In this document: positions 17,191 through 25,983 of the stretch, piece after piece | Numbering within the stretch: the first letter of the stretch is position 1 | Layout: every line of letters starts with the position of its first letter | Source of the DNA: Bdellovibrionota bacterium | GTDB lineage: Bacteria; Bdellovibrionota_C; UBA2361; OMII01 | Direction of reading: 5' to 3' | Length of the DNA stretch: 26,107 nt | Assembly (NCBI GenBank): GCA_044356215.1 | Contig: JBIKWQ010000050.1 | Span: 1 to 26,107, forward strand | Program-made: the position numbers and the translations under genes | Notes under the pieces: model-generated | What the model saw: the letters and a program-made list of their open reading frames with translations, nothing else | The model's database searches: none | What the model was told of the DNA's origin: nothing

Positions 17191-18780
17191 CTAGGAGCTT
17201 GGTTTTATCTCCCATCCTCCACCAAGCGCCTTATAAAGCTGAACGATGGCCGAGAGGTAGCGTTGCTGAGTATTTGAACGCGCTAACTCCGCGCTAAATA
17301 ATGACTCCTGTGTACTTAAAACCTCTAGGTATGAGGTTACTCCATCTGTATAACGACGCCTAGAAAGGTCATTCGCGCTACGCGCGGCAGTTACCTGAAC
17401 CTCACGCACCTGATGCTCTTGATTAAATGTACGCACCGCTACCATAGCGTCCTCAACCTCACGAACAGCCTGCAGCACCGCGCCCTCATAGGTCTTAAGC
17501 GCTTGATCAGCCGCTGCTTCAGCCGCGTCAGTTCGTGACCAGCTCTTTCCCAGATCGATAATCGGACCAAGAAGATTTCCACCGAGGCTCCATGTTCTGC
17601 CGTCAGAGGTAAAAAGCTCTGTTGACTCTCGTGAATTAAGCCCGATTACACCTAAGAGATTAATCGATGGGAATTGTGTCGAACGAGCAACCCCGATCCG
17701 CATTACTGCCGCCCTGGCCTGCTCCTCGGCTGCTCTTACATCGGGGCGACGCTCAAGAAGCTCCGCTGGCGCTCCCGCTGGTATAACCTCTAGCGCCAAT
17801 GGATTCGTGTCGGGAGCAGACCTACTTATACCATGAGGCACATGACCCAAAAGAACGCTAAGAGAGTTCTCTGTAAGCCTCTGCCCGCGACGTAGAACCA
17901 CCAGCGCTGCCGCGGCCTCCTGCTCCTGGATCTGCGCCTGATTGAGATCTATCTTAGCTGTGTATCCCTGCTTAAAGCGCTCGTTAATCAGATTAGTGTT
18001 CGCCCGTCTACTCTTTAACGTGCGCTCAGCGATAATTATCTGTCGATCGAAATCCAAAAGCTGCAGGTAACTCGTGGCTACCTGAGAAACCAAAGATAGC
18101 GTGACAGCTTTATAGAATTCCTCGCTTGCTAAGAGCTCAGCTCGCGCCGCCTCAGTCGCGCTGGCGTATCGACCCCAGATATCGAGTTCAAAGCTTAGTC
18201 GTCCAAGGAGGCTGAATTCATTTCTTGGTGATAGACCTGGAAGCGATCCAAGCATCGAATCACTGATCCCAGTTCGAGATGCCCCACCAGCTAAATCTAA
18301 TCTTGGAAATTGATCAGGCCTGGCAACACCAAGCAGAGCGCGCGACTCATCGATCCGTGCCATCGCTACCTGCAGATCGCGATTCTCTCTCAAAGAGGTC
18401 TCGATTAAAGCTTTTAATTTAGGATCTCTAAATAGCTCCCACCACTTCATGTTAGCCGCCGATGTAGAAGTCGCGGTATCTCGATATCCCGAAGCATCCA
18501 AAACCGCCGGGCGATTAAATCCAGGCTTTAAAAGACAACCACTACTGATAAGAGCTAGTGAAATAGAAGCTACGGTTCTTGTGAAGTGATTAAACCTAGA
18601 TTCGGCAGTTGCGGGTCTGAAAATGGCGCATCTACGCAAAATCACTTCGGCTTTTGAATTTGCGGTGCTCACCCTGACGGTGCCAGGGTTGCGCCTCCGC
18701 AAATGCCAAAATCCTTTGTGCTTTTGCGCATCTGCACCATTTTCATCCACCTTAACTGCCGAATCTAGGTTAAAATACAT
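17191..18780 (-). CDS. RND efflux outer membrane lipoprotein (NodT/OprM family)
   Basis: Lipobox ISSG-C, WWELFRDPKL, FELDIWGR, ELLERRPDVRAAE and LYKALGGGW. The true start may lie downstream of 18780. Confidence 0.92.
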   Translation of the reverse strand: MYFNLDSAVKVDENGADAQKHKGFWHLRRRNPGTVRVSTANSKAEVILRRCAIFRPATAESRFNHFTRTVASISLALISSGCLLKPGFNRPAVLDASGYRDTATSTSAANMKWWELFRDPKLKALIETSLRENRDLQVAMARIDESRALLGVARPDQFPRLDLAGGASRTGISDSMLGSLPGLSPRNEFSLLGRLSFELDIWGRYASATEAARAELLASEEFYKAVTLSLVSQVATSYLQLLDFDRQIIIAERTLKSRRANTNLINERFKQGYTAKIDLNQAQIQEQEAAAALVVLRRGQRLTENSLSVLLGHVPHGISRSAPDTNPLALEVIPAGAPAELLERRPDVRAAEEQARAAVMRIGVARSTQFPSINLLGVIGLNSRESTELFTSDGRTWSLGGNLLGPIIDLGKSWSRTDAAEAAADQALKTYEGAVLQAVREVEDAMVAVRTFNQEHQVREVQVTAARSANDLSRRRYTDGVTSYLEVLSTQESLFSAELARSNTQQRYLSAIVQLYKALGGGWEIKPSS

Positions 18781-18890
18781 ATGGCTAAGATCTACTCAAC
18801 AAACTTGGGCCAGAAAATATTGGAGTAGTATAGAATAGGACGAAGGGTTAGCCCATTGGGATTGTGGGGGAGAAAGGGCGAGACATCCAG

Positions 18891-19130
18891 CTCGTCCTCT
18901 TTCTCCTGCACCTATCTCCTGCTCCTCCCCCTCCTCTGGCTCCCTCCTTATCCAAATCCTGCACTTGCACCTATCTCCTCCTCTTCATCTGCAGAGCGAT
19001 AGGTCAAATAAGCAAACTTAAATCTCCGTGGCCCTCCGCGTAGAGGATTAGGAGAAGGAAACCGGTGCAGGTGCAGGATGAAGAGAAGGATAAGGAGAAA
19101 AACATGTAAAGCCTATTTAGGGATTAACCC
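18891..19130 (+). repeat. Intergenic repeat family B, copy 2
   Basis: Direct-orientation homolog of 13681-13893 with a 9-nt deletion in the core. Its tail matches 302-363. Confidence 0.9.
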
Positions 19131-19159
19131 TTATTAAGTGATTGACTTATCCATCCTAT

Positions 19160-22100
19160 TCAGCTTTCCCCTTCCCTCCTTCTACCAAACAACCTCTCTA
19201 CCAACACAAACAACATAGGGACCAGAATCACACCCAATATCGTTGCCATTAACATCCCGCTAAAAACGGCCATTCCCATCACTTTTCGGCCCTCAGCTCC
19301 AGCTCCTTTGGCGATCACCAGAGGAACAACGCCTAATATAAACGCGAACGCGGTCATCAAGATCGGTCGAAATCTTAGCCTAGCCGCCTCAAGTGCCGCG
19401 TCTAAAACAGGTATACCTTCGTGCGCTTTCATACGCGCGAACTCAACGATTAAGATGGCATTCTTGGCCGACAAGCCAACTAACGTCAGGATCCCTATCT
19501 GCGCGAAGATATTATTTAGATACGAGGGACTGAACTGCCTACAGACCCAGATCCCAAGCAACGCCCCGAAAACGGCGCACGGAGTTCCAAGCAAGACACT
19601 TAGAGGAAGGGACCAACTTTCATACTGCGCGGCCAAAATTAAGAACACAAATAGCATTCCTAAAATAAACACAGCCGCCCCAGTTCCAGCCGCGCGCTCC
19701 TCTTGATACGACATCGCGTTCCAATCGTATCCGATATCAGATGGCAGAACCTCACGCGCCACTTCCTTAAGCGCCTGCAAAGTTTGCTGAGAGCTATATC
19801 CTGGCGCTGAACCTCCAATGAGTTCAGCGCTGCGGTAGAGATTAAACCTGTTGGTAAACTCTGGGCCATTAGTTGGTGATGTATCGACCAGAGTACCTAA
19901 CGATACCATCTCGCCGTTTTTATTCCTTACGTAATAGCTTCTGATATCATCCGCGTTATCTCGGTACTGAGCGTCTGCTTGTAAGTAGACCTTGTACAAA
20001 CGGCCGAAGCGATTAAAGTCATTTACATAACTGCCACCAAGGAAGGCCCCTAATGTGGCGTTAATATCACCAACCGAAACGCCAGCCGCTTGCGCCTTAT
20101 CTTCATCAACCGCGGCGAAAAGCTGTGGAACCGACGCGCGGTAAAGAGTCGTTATTCCGCGTATCTCCGGGCGCTTCTGCGCCGCCTGGATAAAGGCGCG
20201 CGCGTTCTGCTCTAGGTATTCCGGTTTATTCCCGCCCCGGTCCTGCAACATCATGCTAAAACCACTTCCATTTCCAAGCCCTGGTATAGCTGGTGGTCCA
20301 AACGCCATCGCCATCCCCTCCTGGAATTCACTCATTAAACGTTTGTTTAACCGCTGTATGATACCAAACGAAGAGAGCGCCATACCTGGCCGCTCTGCCC
20401 AAGGTTTTAGCCAAACAAAGAAGAATGTAGTGTTTGATGACGAAGAAGATGTCAACAAACTAAAACCATCGATCGTTGTAACGCTCTCGACTCCAGGAGT
20501 ATCCAGGATTATCTGCTCTACAGAACGTGACGCCTTTCCTGTTCGCTCTAACGATGCTGCATCGGGAAGTTGCATATTAGCTAACAGGTACCCCTGGTCT
20601 TCCTCGGGTATGAAACCACTAGGTAGTGATTTACCGCAGAGGTAAGTTCCAAATATTATCGCGGCGAAGAGAACAAGCCCGCGCAATAACTTTCGCGCCA
20701 CAAACCCAGATATCCCAACATAAGCCCCGGTAGCTCTGTCAAAAGCCCGATTAAAACCACCGAAGAAACGCCCGAGCAATCCAGAACTTGGCTCGCTCTT
20801 CTTAAGTAACATCGCGCAGAGAGCTGGGGTTAGGGTCAAAGCCCCCAATGCTGAGAAAAGCACCGATACGGCGATCGTCACAGCGAACTGCTGATAGAAA
20901 AGACCCGATATTCCTCCCATGAACACAACCGGCACAAACACAGCGCAAAGAATAAGGGCGATCGCCGCCACGGGCCCTGCCACTTCCCGCATAGCTAAAT
21001 TGGTCGCCTCGCGTGGCGTAGCGCCATGCTCCATATGATGCATGACCGCCTCAACCACTACGATCGCGTCATCAACAACGATACCGATCGCCAGCACCAA
21101 TCCTAAAAGAGAGAGCACATTAACTGAAAACCCTAAGAGCGGAAAAACCGCGAAGGTAGCTATAAGCGACACCGGAACAACCAAGATAGGAATTAAGGTC
21201 GCGCGCCAGCTTTGTAAAAATAAAAATACAACGAGCACCACTAAGATTACGGCGTCCCTTAGCGTATGAACGATCTCATCGATACCCTCTGTCACCGCCT
21301 TGGTCGTGTCGAGCGAAACTACATACTCAACATCATCGGGGAAACGTGACTTTAGGTCATCAAGGGTAGCCCTCACTTTTTTGGCTACATCAAGAGCGTT
21401 AGAGCCTGGCACCTGATACAGCGCTAGCACCGCGGCGTCCGCGCCATTAAACCGAGCTGATGAATTGTAATACTGAGTACCCAGCTCGATGCGCGCGACA
21501 TCTTTTAACCGGACGAGCGACCCTACGGTGGGATCGGCCTTAACAACTATCTCACCAAACTGTTCGCCTGATTCAAAACGATCCTTTGTGCGGAGAACGT
21601 ACGAGAACTCAGTCCCCTGAGGCGCCGGCGCTCCTCCGATCTGTCCGGCAGGAGCCAGAACATTCTGTTGCTGAATAGCTTGCGAGACCTCATTAACCGT
21701 AACTCCAAGCTTCGCTAGTTGGTCTGGCTTTAGCCAGACACGCATGGCGTACTCGCTTCCGCCAAACTGCGTAACCTGACCGACACCACTAATTCGCGCC
21801 AAGCTATCTACAACGTTAATCGTCGCGTAGTTATTCAAAAAAGCGTTGTTGTAGGTTCCGTTAGGAGACCGCAGAGTGATAAGAAGTAGCGGGAATGAAA
21901 GCGACTTCTTAACGTTTACTCCAAGCCGTTTCACTGCGTCCGGCAGACTCGCCTGAGCCTGCGCTACTCGGTTCTGCACCAACACGTTCGCCATATCAAG
22001 GTCTGTTCCGACCTCAAAATCGATCCGGATCTGTGAAGTGCCGTCGTTAGCGTTAACACTTCGCATGTACAGCATGTTCTCAACGCCGTTAAGTTGCTGC

Positions 22101-22324
22101 TCTAGCGGCGTCGCTACTGATTGCTCTACCGCTAACGCATTAGCTCCCGGATAAGTGGCGTTAATTTGCACACCCGGAGGCACAACATTCGGATACTGCG
22201 AGATCGGCAATCCACGAAGGGTAACAAGCCCAAAGATCACCAAAACGATCGCCAAAACGATCGCCACCGTCGGACGACGTACAAAAAAGAACTCCTTTAC
22301 ACCAGTGTCGTGACTCGTTGACAT
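19160..22324 (-). CDS. RND efflux permease, HAE1 family (AcrB/BepE-like)
   Basis: About 1054 aa; LPISQYP, GIVVDDAIVVVE, KNAILIVEFA and RFRPILMT. SD AGGAG upstream (TTG at 22327 or ATG at 22324). Confidence 0.96.
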   Translation of the reverse strand: MSTSHDTGVKEFFFVRRPTVAIVLAIVLVIFGLVTLRGLPISQYPNVVPPGVQINATYPGANALAVEQSVATPLEQQLNGVENMLYMRSVNANDGTSQIRIDFEVGTDLDMANVLVQNRVAQAQASLPDAVKRLGVNVKKSLSFPLLLITLRSPNGTYNNAFLNNYATINVVDSLARISGVGQVTQFGGSEYAMRVWLKPDQLAKLGVTVNEVSQAIQQQNVLAPAGQIGGAPAPQGTEFSYVLRTKDRFESGEQFGEIVVKADPTVGSLVRLKDVARIELGTQYYNSSARFNGADAAVLALYQVPGSNALDVAKKVRATLDDLKSRFPDDVEYVVSLDTTKAVTEGIDEIVHTLRDAVILVVLVVFLFLQSWRATLIPILVVPVSLIATFAVFPLLGFSVNVLSLLGLVLAIGIVVDDAIVVVEAVMHHMEHGATPREATNLAMREVAGPVAAIALILCAVFVPVVFMGGISGLFYQQFAVTIAVSVLFSALGALTLTPALCAMLLKKSEPSSGLLGRFFGGFNRAFDRATGAYVGISGFVARKLLRGLVLFAAIIFGTYLCGKSLPSGFIPEEDQGYLLANMQLPDAASLERTGKASRSVEQIILDTPGVESVTTIDGFSLLTSSSSSNTTFFFVWLKPWAERPGMALSSFGIIQRLNKRLMSEFQEGMAMAFGPPAIPGLGNGSGFSMMLQDRGGNKPEYLEQNARAFIQAAQKRPEIRGITTLYRASVPQLFAAVDEDKAQAAGVSVGDINATLGAFLGGSYVNDFNRFGRLYKVYLQADAQYRDNADDIRSYYVRNKNGEMVSLGTLVDTSPTNGPEFTNRFNLYRSAELIGGSAPGYSSQQTLQALKEVAREVLPSDIGYDWNAMSYQEERAAGTGAAVFILGMLFVFLILAAQYESWSLPLSVLLGTPCAVFGALLGIWVCRQFSPSYLNNIFAQIGILTLVGLSAKNAILIVEFARMKAHEGIPVLDAALEAARLRFRPILMTAFAFILGVVPLVIAKGAGAEGRKVMGMAVFSGMLMATILGVILVPMLFVLVERLFGRRREGES

Positions 22325-22344
22325 CAAAGCTCTCCTTTTATCTA

Positions 22345-23493
22345 TTAATTAGCGGCTACCTGCGGCGTAACCTTCATTCCGGAACGGAGCTTCTGAATAC
22401 CCTCTGTTGCGATCTTTTCTCCATCGCTTAAACCATTCTCGATAACTTGAAACTCACCAGATGTGGGTCCAACTTGAACTAATCTCTGAGCGACGAACCC
22501 TTCACCATCAACAACAAAAACCTGATAGGTCCCCTGAACTTCCTTAACCGCCCGCTTCGGGATCAGAATTACATCGTGGCGCGTCTCAGCGATCGTCGTA
22601 ATCTTAGCGAAGAGTCCCGGCCGCAGAAATTTACCCGGATTTGGGAACGCGGCTTCGACGGTGATCGACCCCGAAGCCACATCAACCCCGCGATCCACCT
22701 TAACCACCTCACCCTTCTCTGGGTGAACTGAACCATCAGCGAGGATCAAAGTAAGCTGCCTCTTCTTTTGCTCCTCCCCCTCCAGCCGCGCCAGATTGGC
22801 GAAATATAAGTACTCCTTCTCACTTAACGAGAACTGCGCGTGAATCGGCTCAAGCTTTGAGACGGTATTTAACACAATAGAATTAGGGATCGAACCAACG
22901 ACCTCCCCTACTTTAACTTTTGAGATCCCGATCGTTCCACTTACCGGAGCTGTCACCTTGGTATATCCCAGCTCGATCTCCGCCGCTTCGACCTGTGCCT
23001 GTGCCGCCTGTACAGCACCATCAGCGACCCCTTTAGTCGCGTTCGCCATATCGAGCTCACGCTTACTGACAGCGTCGATCGCCGCTAGCGGCTTAATGCG
23101 CGCCAGATCCGCCTCGGCTTGAACTAATTTAGTTTTCGCCTCAGAGAGCTTACCCTTTGCTTGAGCGAGCTTCGCTAAAAACGGAGCCTGATCGATCGAG
23201 TAAAGAAGCTGTCCCTCCGTTACCTCTGTACCGTCGTCGAAATGCTGCTCTAACAAGGTCCCCTGGACCCGCGCTCTAACATCAGCATCGACAGATCCGA
23301 CAGTGCGTCCAACGAACTCGCGCGAAAGCGGAAGATCTCGCCGTTTCACCTCAACTACCGGGATCACCGGCACCGCCGCCTGCTGCGTCGGTTTCTCCTT
23401 AGAGCAGGCAACTGCTGAAATAAACAAGAGCGCGATAAGCTGTGTGCGCACGATGCAATTCGCAGCACGATGAGAAATTTCCGAAAACTTCAT
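22345..23493 (-). CDS. RND periplasmic adaptor (membrane fusion protein)
   Basis: Lipobox AVA-C, VRARVQG, LGYTKVTAPVSG, FPNP..LRPG, GLSDGEK and GIQKLRSG. Confidence 0.95.
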   Translation of the reverse strand: MKFSEISHRAANCIVRTQLIALLFISAVACSKEKPTQQAAVPVIPVVEVKRRDLPLSREFVGRTVGSVDADVRARVQGTLLEQHFDDGTEVTEGQLLYSIDQAPFLAKLAQAKGKLSEAKTKLVQAEADLARIKPLAAIDAVSKRELDMANATKGVADGAVQAAQAQVEAAEIELGYTKVTAPVSGTIGISKVKVGEVVGSIPNSIVLNTVSKLEPIHAQFSLSEKEYLYFANLARLEGEEQKKRQLTLILADGSVHPEKGEVVKVDRGVDVASGSITVEAAFPNPGKFLRPGLFAKITTIAETRHDVILIPKRAVKEVQGTYQVFVVDGEGFVAQRLVQVGPTSGEFQVIENGLSDGEKIATEGIQKLRSGMKVTPQVAAN

Positions 23494-23678
23494 AATATTG
23501 CCCCCATTATAGCGCTTAGTCTTTAGCTTTGTATCACAGAGGCTTGGTTCGGGGGAGGTTGTGTTTTTAAGGACAGGAATGAATATAATGAACTGCTTCT
23601 TCTAGGATAAAAGTATGAGCGGAAATCTTTAGCTCACGAAAAATAACACATACCGCCCTCTGGGCCTTACAATTCTCT

Positions 23679-25067
23679 TTATTCAGGCCTTAGCCAGGAC
23701 AAAAGCTTTATGGAGCTGATTCGTAATCCCTTAAGCCATCCCACCGGTTCGACATCATTGCTCGGCGCCTGAATCGTCTCGTGCGGGAGCCGTGCCGGCA
23801 CTTGACCGTCTGTTTCGACTGATTGCGCCTTTGTCACACGAATCGGCTCGGGCATTTCTCGCGCATAGGCCTCGGTTTGCTGTTCAAGTGGGGCTTGTGA
23901 AATGACATCAAGCGGACTCATGACCCTGCGCGCGCTCTCCTCGGCTACATGGGTGTAAATCATCGTTGTCTTAACATCATGGTGCCCCAAGAGCTCCTGC
24001 ACCGTTCGAATATCTACTCCTCTGTTCAGCCAATGAGTCGCGGCGCTATGCCTGAAGGTGTGGCAGGTTACCTTTTTGGCGATTCCGGTTTTTTTTACCG
24101 CTTGCGACAGCGCACTTTGCATTATGTCGTTGTAGAGATGGTGGCGTCCGATACGCTTTGAACGCGGGTCTACTGACCTCTTGTGGGATGGAAAGACGTA
24201 CTGCCAGCACCACTGTTTATTCGCATTCGGATACTTACGCTCCAGGGCATGTGGCAGGTATACCGCACCTAAGCCTTCTGCAAGGTCGAGCTCGTGCAGC
24301 TTCTTTGCGTATAGCAACTGCGCTTGTAAGGCATCTCGCAGACGTTTAGGAAGCGGAACGCTTCGATCCTTATGGCCCTTTCCATCCCGAATAATGATTA
24401 TTCCAGTCGCGAAATCGATATCTTTTACTCGTAACTTCAGGGCCTCCGCGAGTCTCATTCCGGTTCCGTACATTAAGCTCGCAATTACTCGTTTTACTCC
24501 CTTTAGTTCGGTCAGTATAGAGGTCACTTCTTCTATGCTAAGCACCGCCGGAAGCGAAACTGGTCGTTTAGCCCACCGAATTCCTTCCAGCTTTCCCAGG
24601 TCAATCTGCAGCACCTCGCGGTACAGAAACACCAAGGAATTTAGCGCCTGGTTCTGCGTAGCTGCGGCTACATTTTCGGAATCGGCGAGATAAGAGAGGA
24701 ACGCTGAAACGCACTGAGAGCTTAAGCTTGCAGGATGCCGTCCTCCATGAAAGTCGATGAATCTGAGAATCCAACCTATATACCCCTTTTCCGTGAAGTG
24801 ACTCATGTGTCTCACTCGGATCACTTGACGGACGCGATCAACGAGGGAATTAACATCTTCAGTAATCTTAGTTGAGCTCAGATTCGCAACGACTGGCGAT
24901 TTGTACGGTCCGTATTCCGATTGCTGTCGCCATCTGGCAAAAGCGGTAAGATCGCGGTCTCCGGGGACGAACCAGCGCTTTACCGCCTGATCCCAACGGG
25001 CTCCAAGCCTTTTAGCATCCTCCTTTTCAGCGAATGGTACCCGTAGGTATACCCGTTCCCGTGTCAT
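23679..25067 (-). CDS. intI: Integron integrase with an N-terminal DUF5710 domain and a 75-aa C-terminal extension
   Basis: SAM-like N-domain (TEKGY..W..RF..FH..RHP; TQNQALNSL.FLY). Catalytic R-K-H-R-H-Y (GMR, RDGKG, HTFRHS, LLGH, TMIY). Integron-specific insertion VYLPHALERKYP..W.WQYVFPS..DPRS..RHHL. SD GAGG before ATG 25067. Confidence 0.95.
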   Translation of the reverse strand: MTRERVYLRVPFAEKEDAKRLGARWDQAVKRWFVPGDRDLTAFARWRQQSEYGPYKSPVVANLSSTKITEDVNSLVDRVRQVIRVRHMSHFTEKGYIGWILRFIDFHGGRHPASLSSQCVSAFLSYLADSENVAAATQNQALNSLVFLYREVLQIDLGKLEGIRWAKRPVSLPAVLSIEEVTSILTELKGVKRVIASLMYGTGMRLAEALKLRVKDIDFATGIIIIRDGKGHKDRSVPLPKRLRDALQAQLLYAKKLHELDLAEGLGAVYLPHALERKYPNANKQWCWQYVFPSHKRSVDPRSKRIGRHHLYNDIMQSALSQAVKKTGIAKKVTCHTFRHSAATHWLNRGVDIRTVQELLGHHDVKTTMIYTHVAEESARRVMSPLDVISQAPLEQQTEAYAREMPEPIRVTKAQSVETDGQVPARLPHETIQAPSNDVEPVGWLKGLRISSIKLLSWLRPE

Positions 25068-25334
25068 ATAATCCTCTCGATAACCCTAATGCTTCATTGT
25101 TTTCGCTCGTTCTCTGCTTGATGTCTCGATCTCACAGACCCGGCAAGAGATCATCGATGAATTTGGTAGAGAGTTGCGCCCTGGAACAGCAGAACTGCAG
25201 ATCTACCCACGGATTCTAAGGGTAGATCTCCAGGTTCGCGATTAAAGCGTACCGGTAGATATCCAAGTCAACAAAGCCTAACAAGCTGAAAAGAGGCCAC
25301 AACGCCTGCCTGCACAGCCACGAGATATGATGCG

Positions 25335-25364
25335 TTGTTTAAGATCTCCAGGTCGGGGTATACT
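25335..25364 (+). promoter_or_regulatory. Candidate cassette promoter Pc
   Basis: TTGTTT (25335-25340)-N18-TATACT (25359-25364), pointing into attI. Confidence 0.5.
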
Positions 25365-25378
25365 ACTGTGAGGAACTG

Positions 25379-25397
25379 GTGATTAATACTGTTCTGC
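25379..25397 (+). other. attI: attI core site (crossover G|TT at 25391/25392)
   Basis: GTTCTGCA at 25391-25398 is the exact reverse complement of TGCAGAAC (25935-25942), which opens the downstream attC. It lies upstream of, and divergent from, intI. Confidence 0.85.
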
Positions 25398-25983
25398 ATT
25401 TAGGTCACATTTTATGTCTGTAAGGCATAACTATATTCATATTAAAGTTTGGTAGGAATTCCTATGAACGATTTGACCCAAAGGGGTTCACGACCCCGGT
25501 TGACTCAGGAACAGATAGCAGAACGACTTGCGGCGGCTAGAGCGCGTGATCAAAGTCGCCAAGAAATTGAACCTGAAGTTAGAGCAGCGGAAGCCAGCTT
25601 TGCTGCTGACTTTATTGTTGGAGCTGTGCAAGCCTTGAAAAGGGGTGGCTTCCAACCCATTTTTCAAGCTCAAGGAATGGATCCTCGTCTGGAATATACG
25701 CACTTCAAGCTAGAGTCCTCTTTTCGAGGTCGGTTGGAAACTATTTGTAAACTTTTTGTCGGACCTGGATATGATCTGGATAGTCCTCCCCCAAACGCAG
25801 ATCAAGTGTATGATTTGGTTGATCCGGTTTTTCGTCAACTCCGAGCTGAACGGAGAGAGCATTGCTCCAGTGTGTGCTTTAGCTGGGGACCAACAGATCG
25901 TTCATTCGAATTACGTGCACAAAGTTGACGATTGTGCAGAACAAACAAATGGAGCCGACGCTAAAGCGCGGCTCATTCGGACG
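25392..25983 (+). mobile_element. Integron gene cassette 1 (592 bp)
   Basis: Bounded by the G|TT crossover points at 25391 and 25983. Contains a single ORF followed by attC. Confidence 0.88.
25464..25928 (+). CDS. Cassette-encoded hypothetical protein (154 aa)
   Basis: SD AGGA (25454-25457) precedes ATG 25464. The stop lies 7 nt before attC. No recognisable family. Confidence 0.8.
   Translation: MNDLTQRGSRPRLTQEQIAERLAAARARDQSRQEIEPEVRAAEASFAADFIVGAVQALKRGGFQPIFQAQGMDPRLEYTHFKLESSFRGRLETICKLFVGPGYDLDSPPPNADQVYDLVDPVFRQLRAERREHCSSVCFSWGPTDRSFELRAQS

Noticed and set aside
4869..24693. Numerous plus-strand ORFs antisense to uvrC, msbA, lpxB, mscL, the antiporter, the RND genes and intI
   Set aside because: These are shadow frames of well-supported genes and have no independent motifs or start signals.
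25276..25282. GCCTAAC as the R'' of another attC upstream of attI
   Set aside because: No L''/L' stem or correctly spaced GTT follows it.
25068..25390. Canonical LexA (CTGT-N8-ACAG) control of intI
   Set aside because: No such box was found by eye in the intI-attI spacer.
25448..25454. aaaGTTtggt as the attI crossover (looks like attI1 AAAGTT)
   Set aside because: The attC R'' (TGCAGAAC) is complementary to GTTCTGCA at 25391, not to this site.
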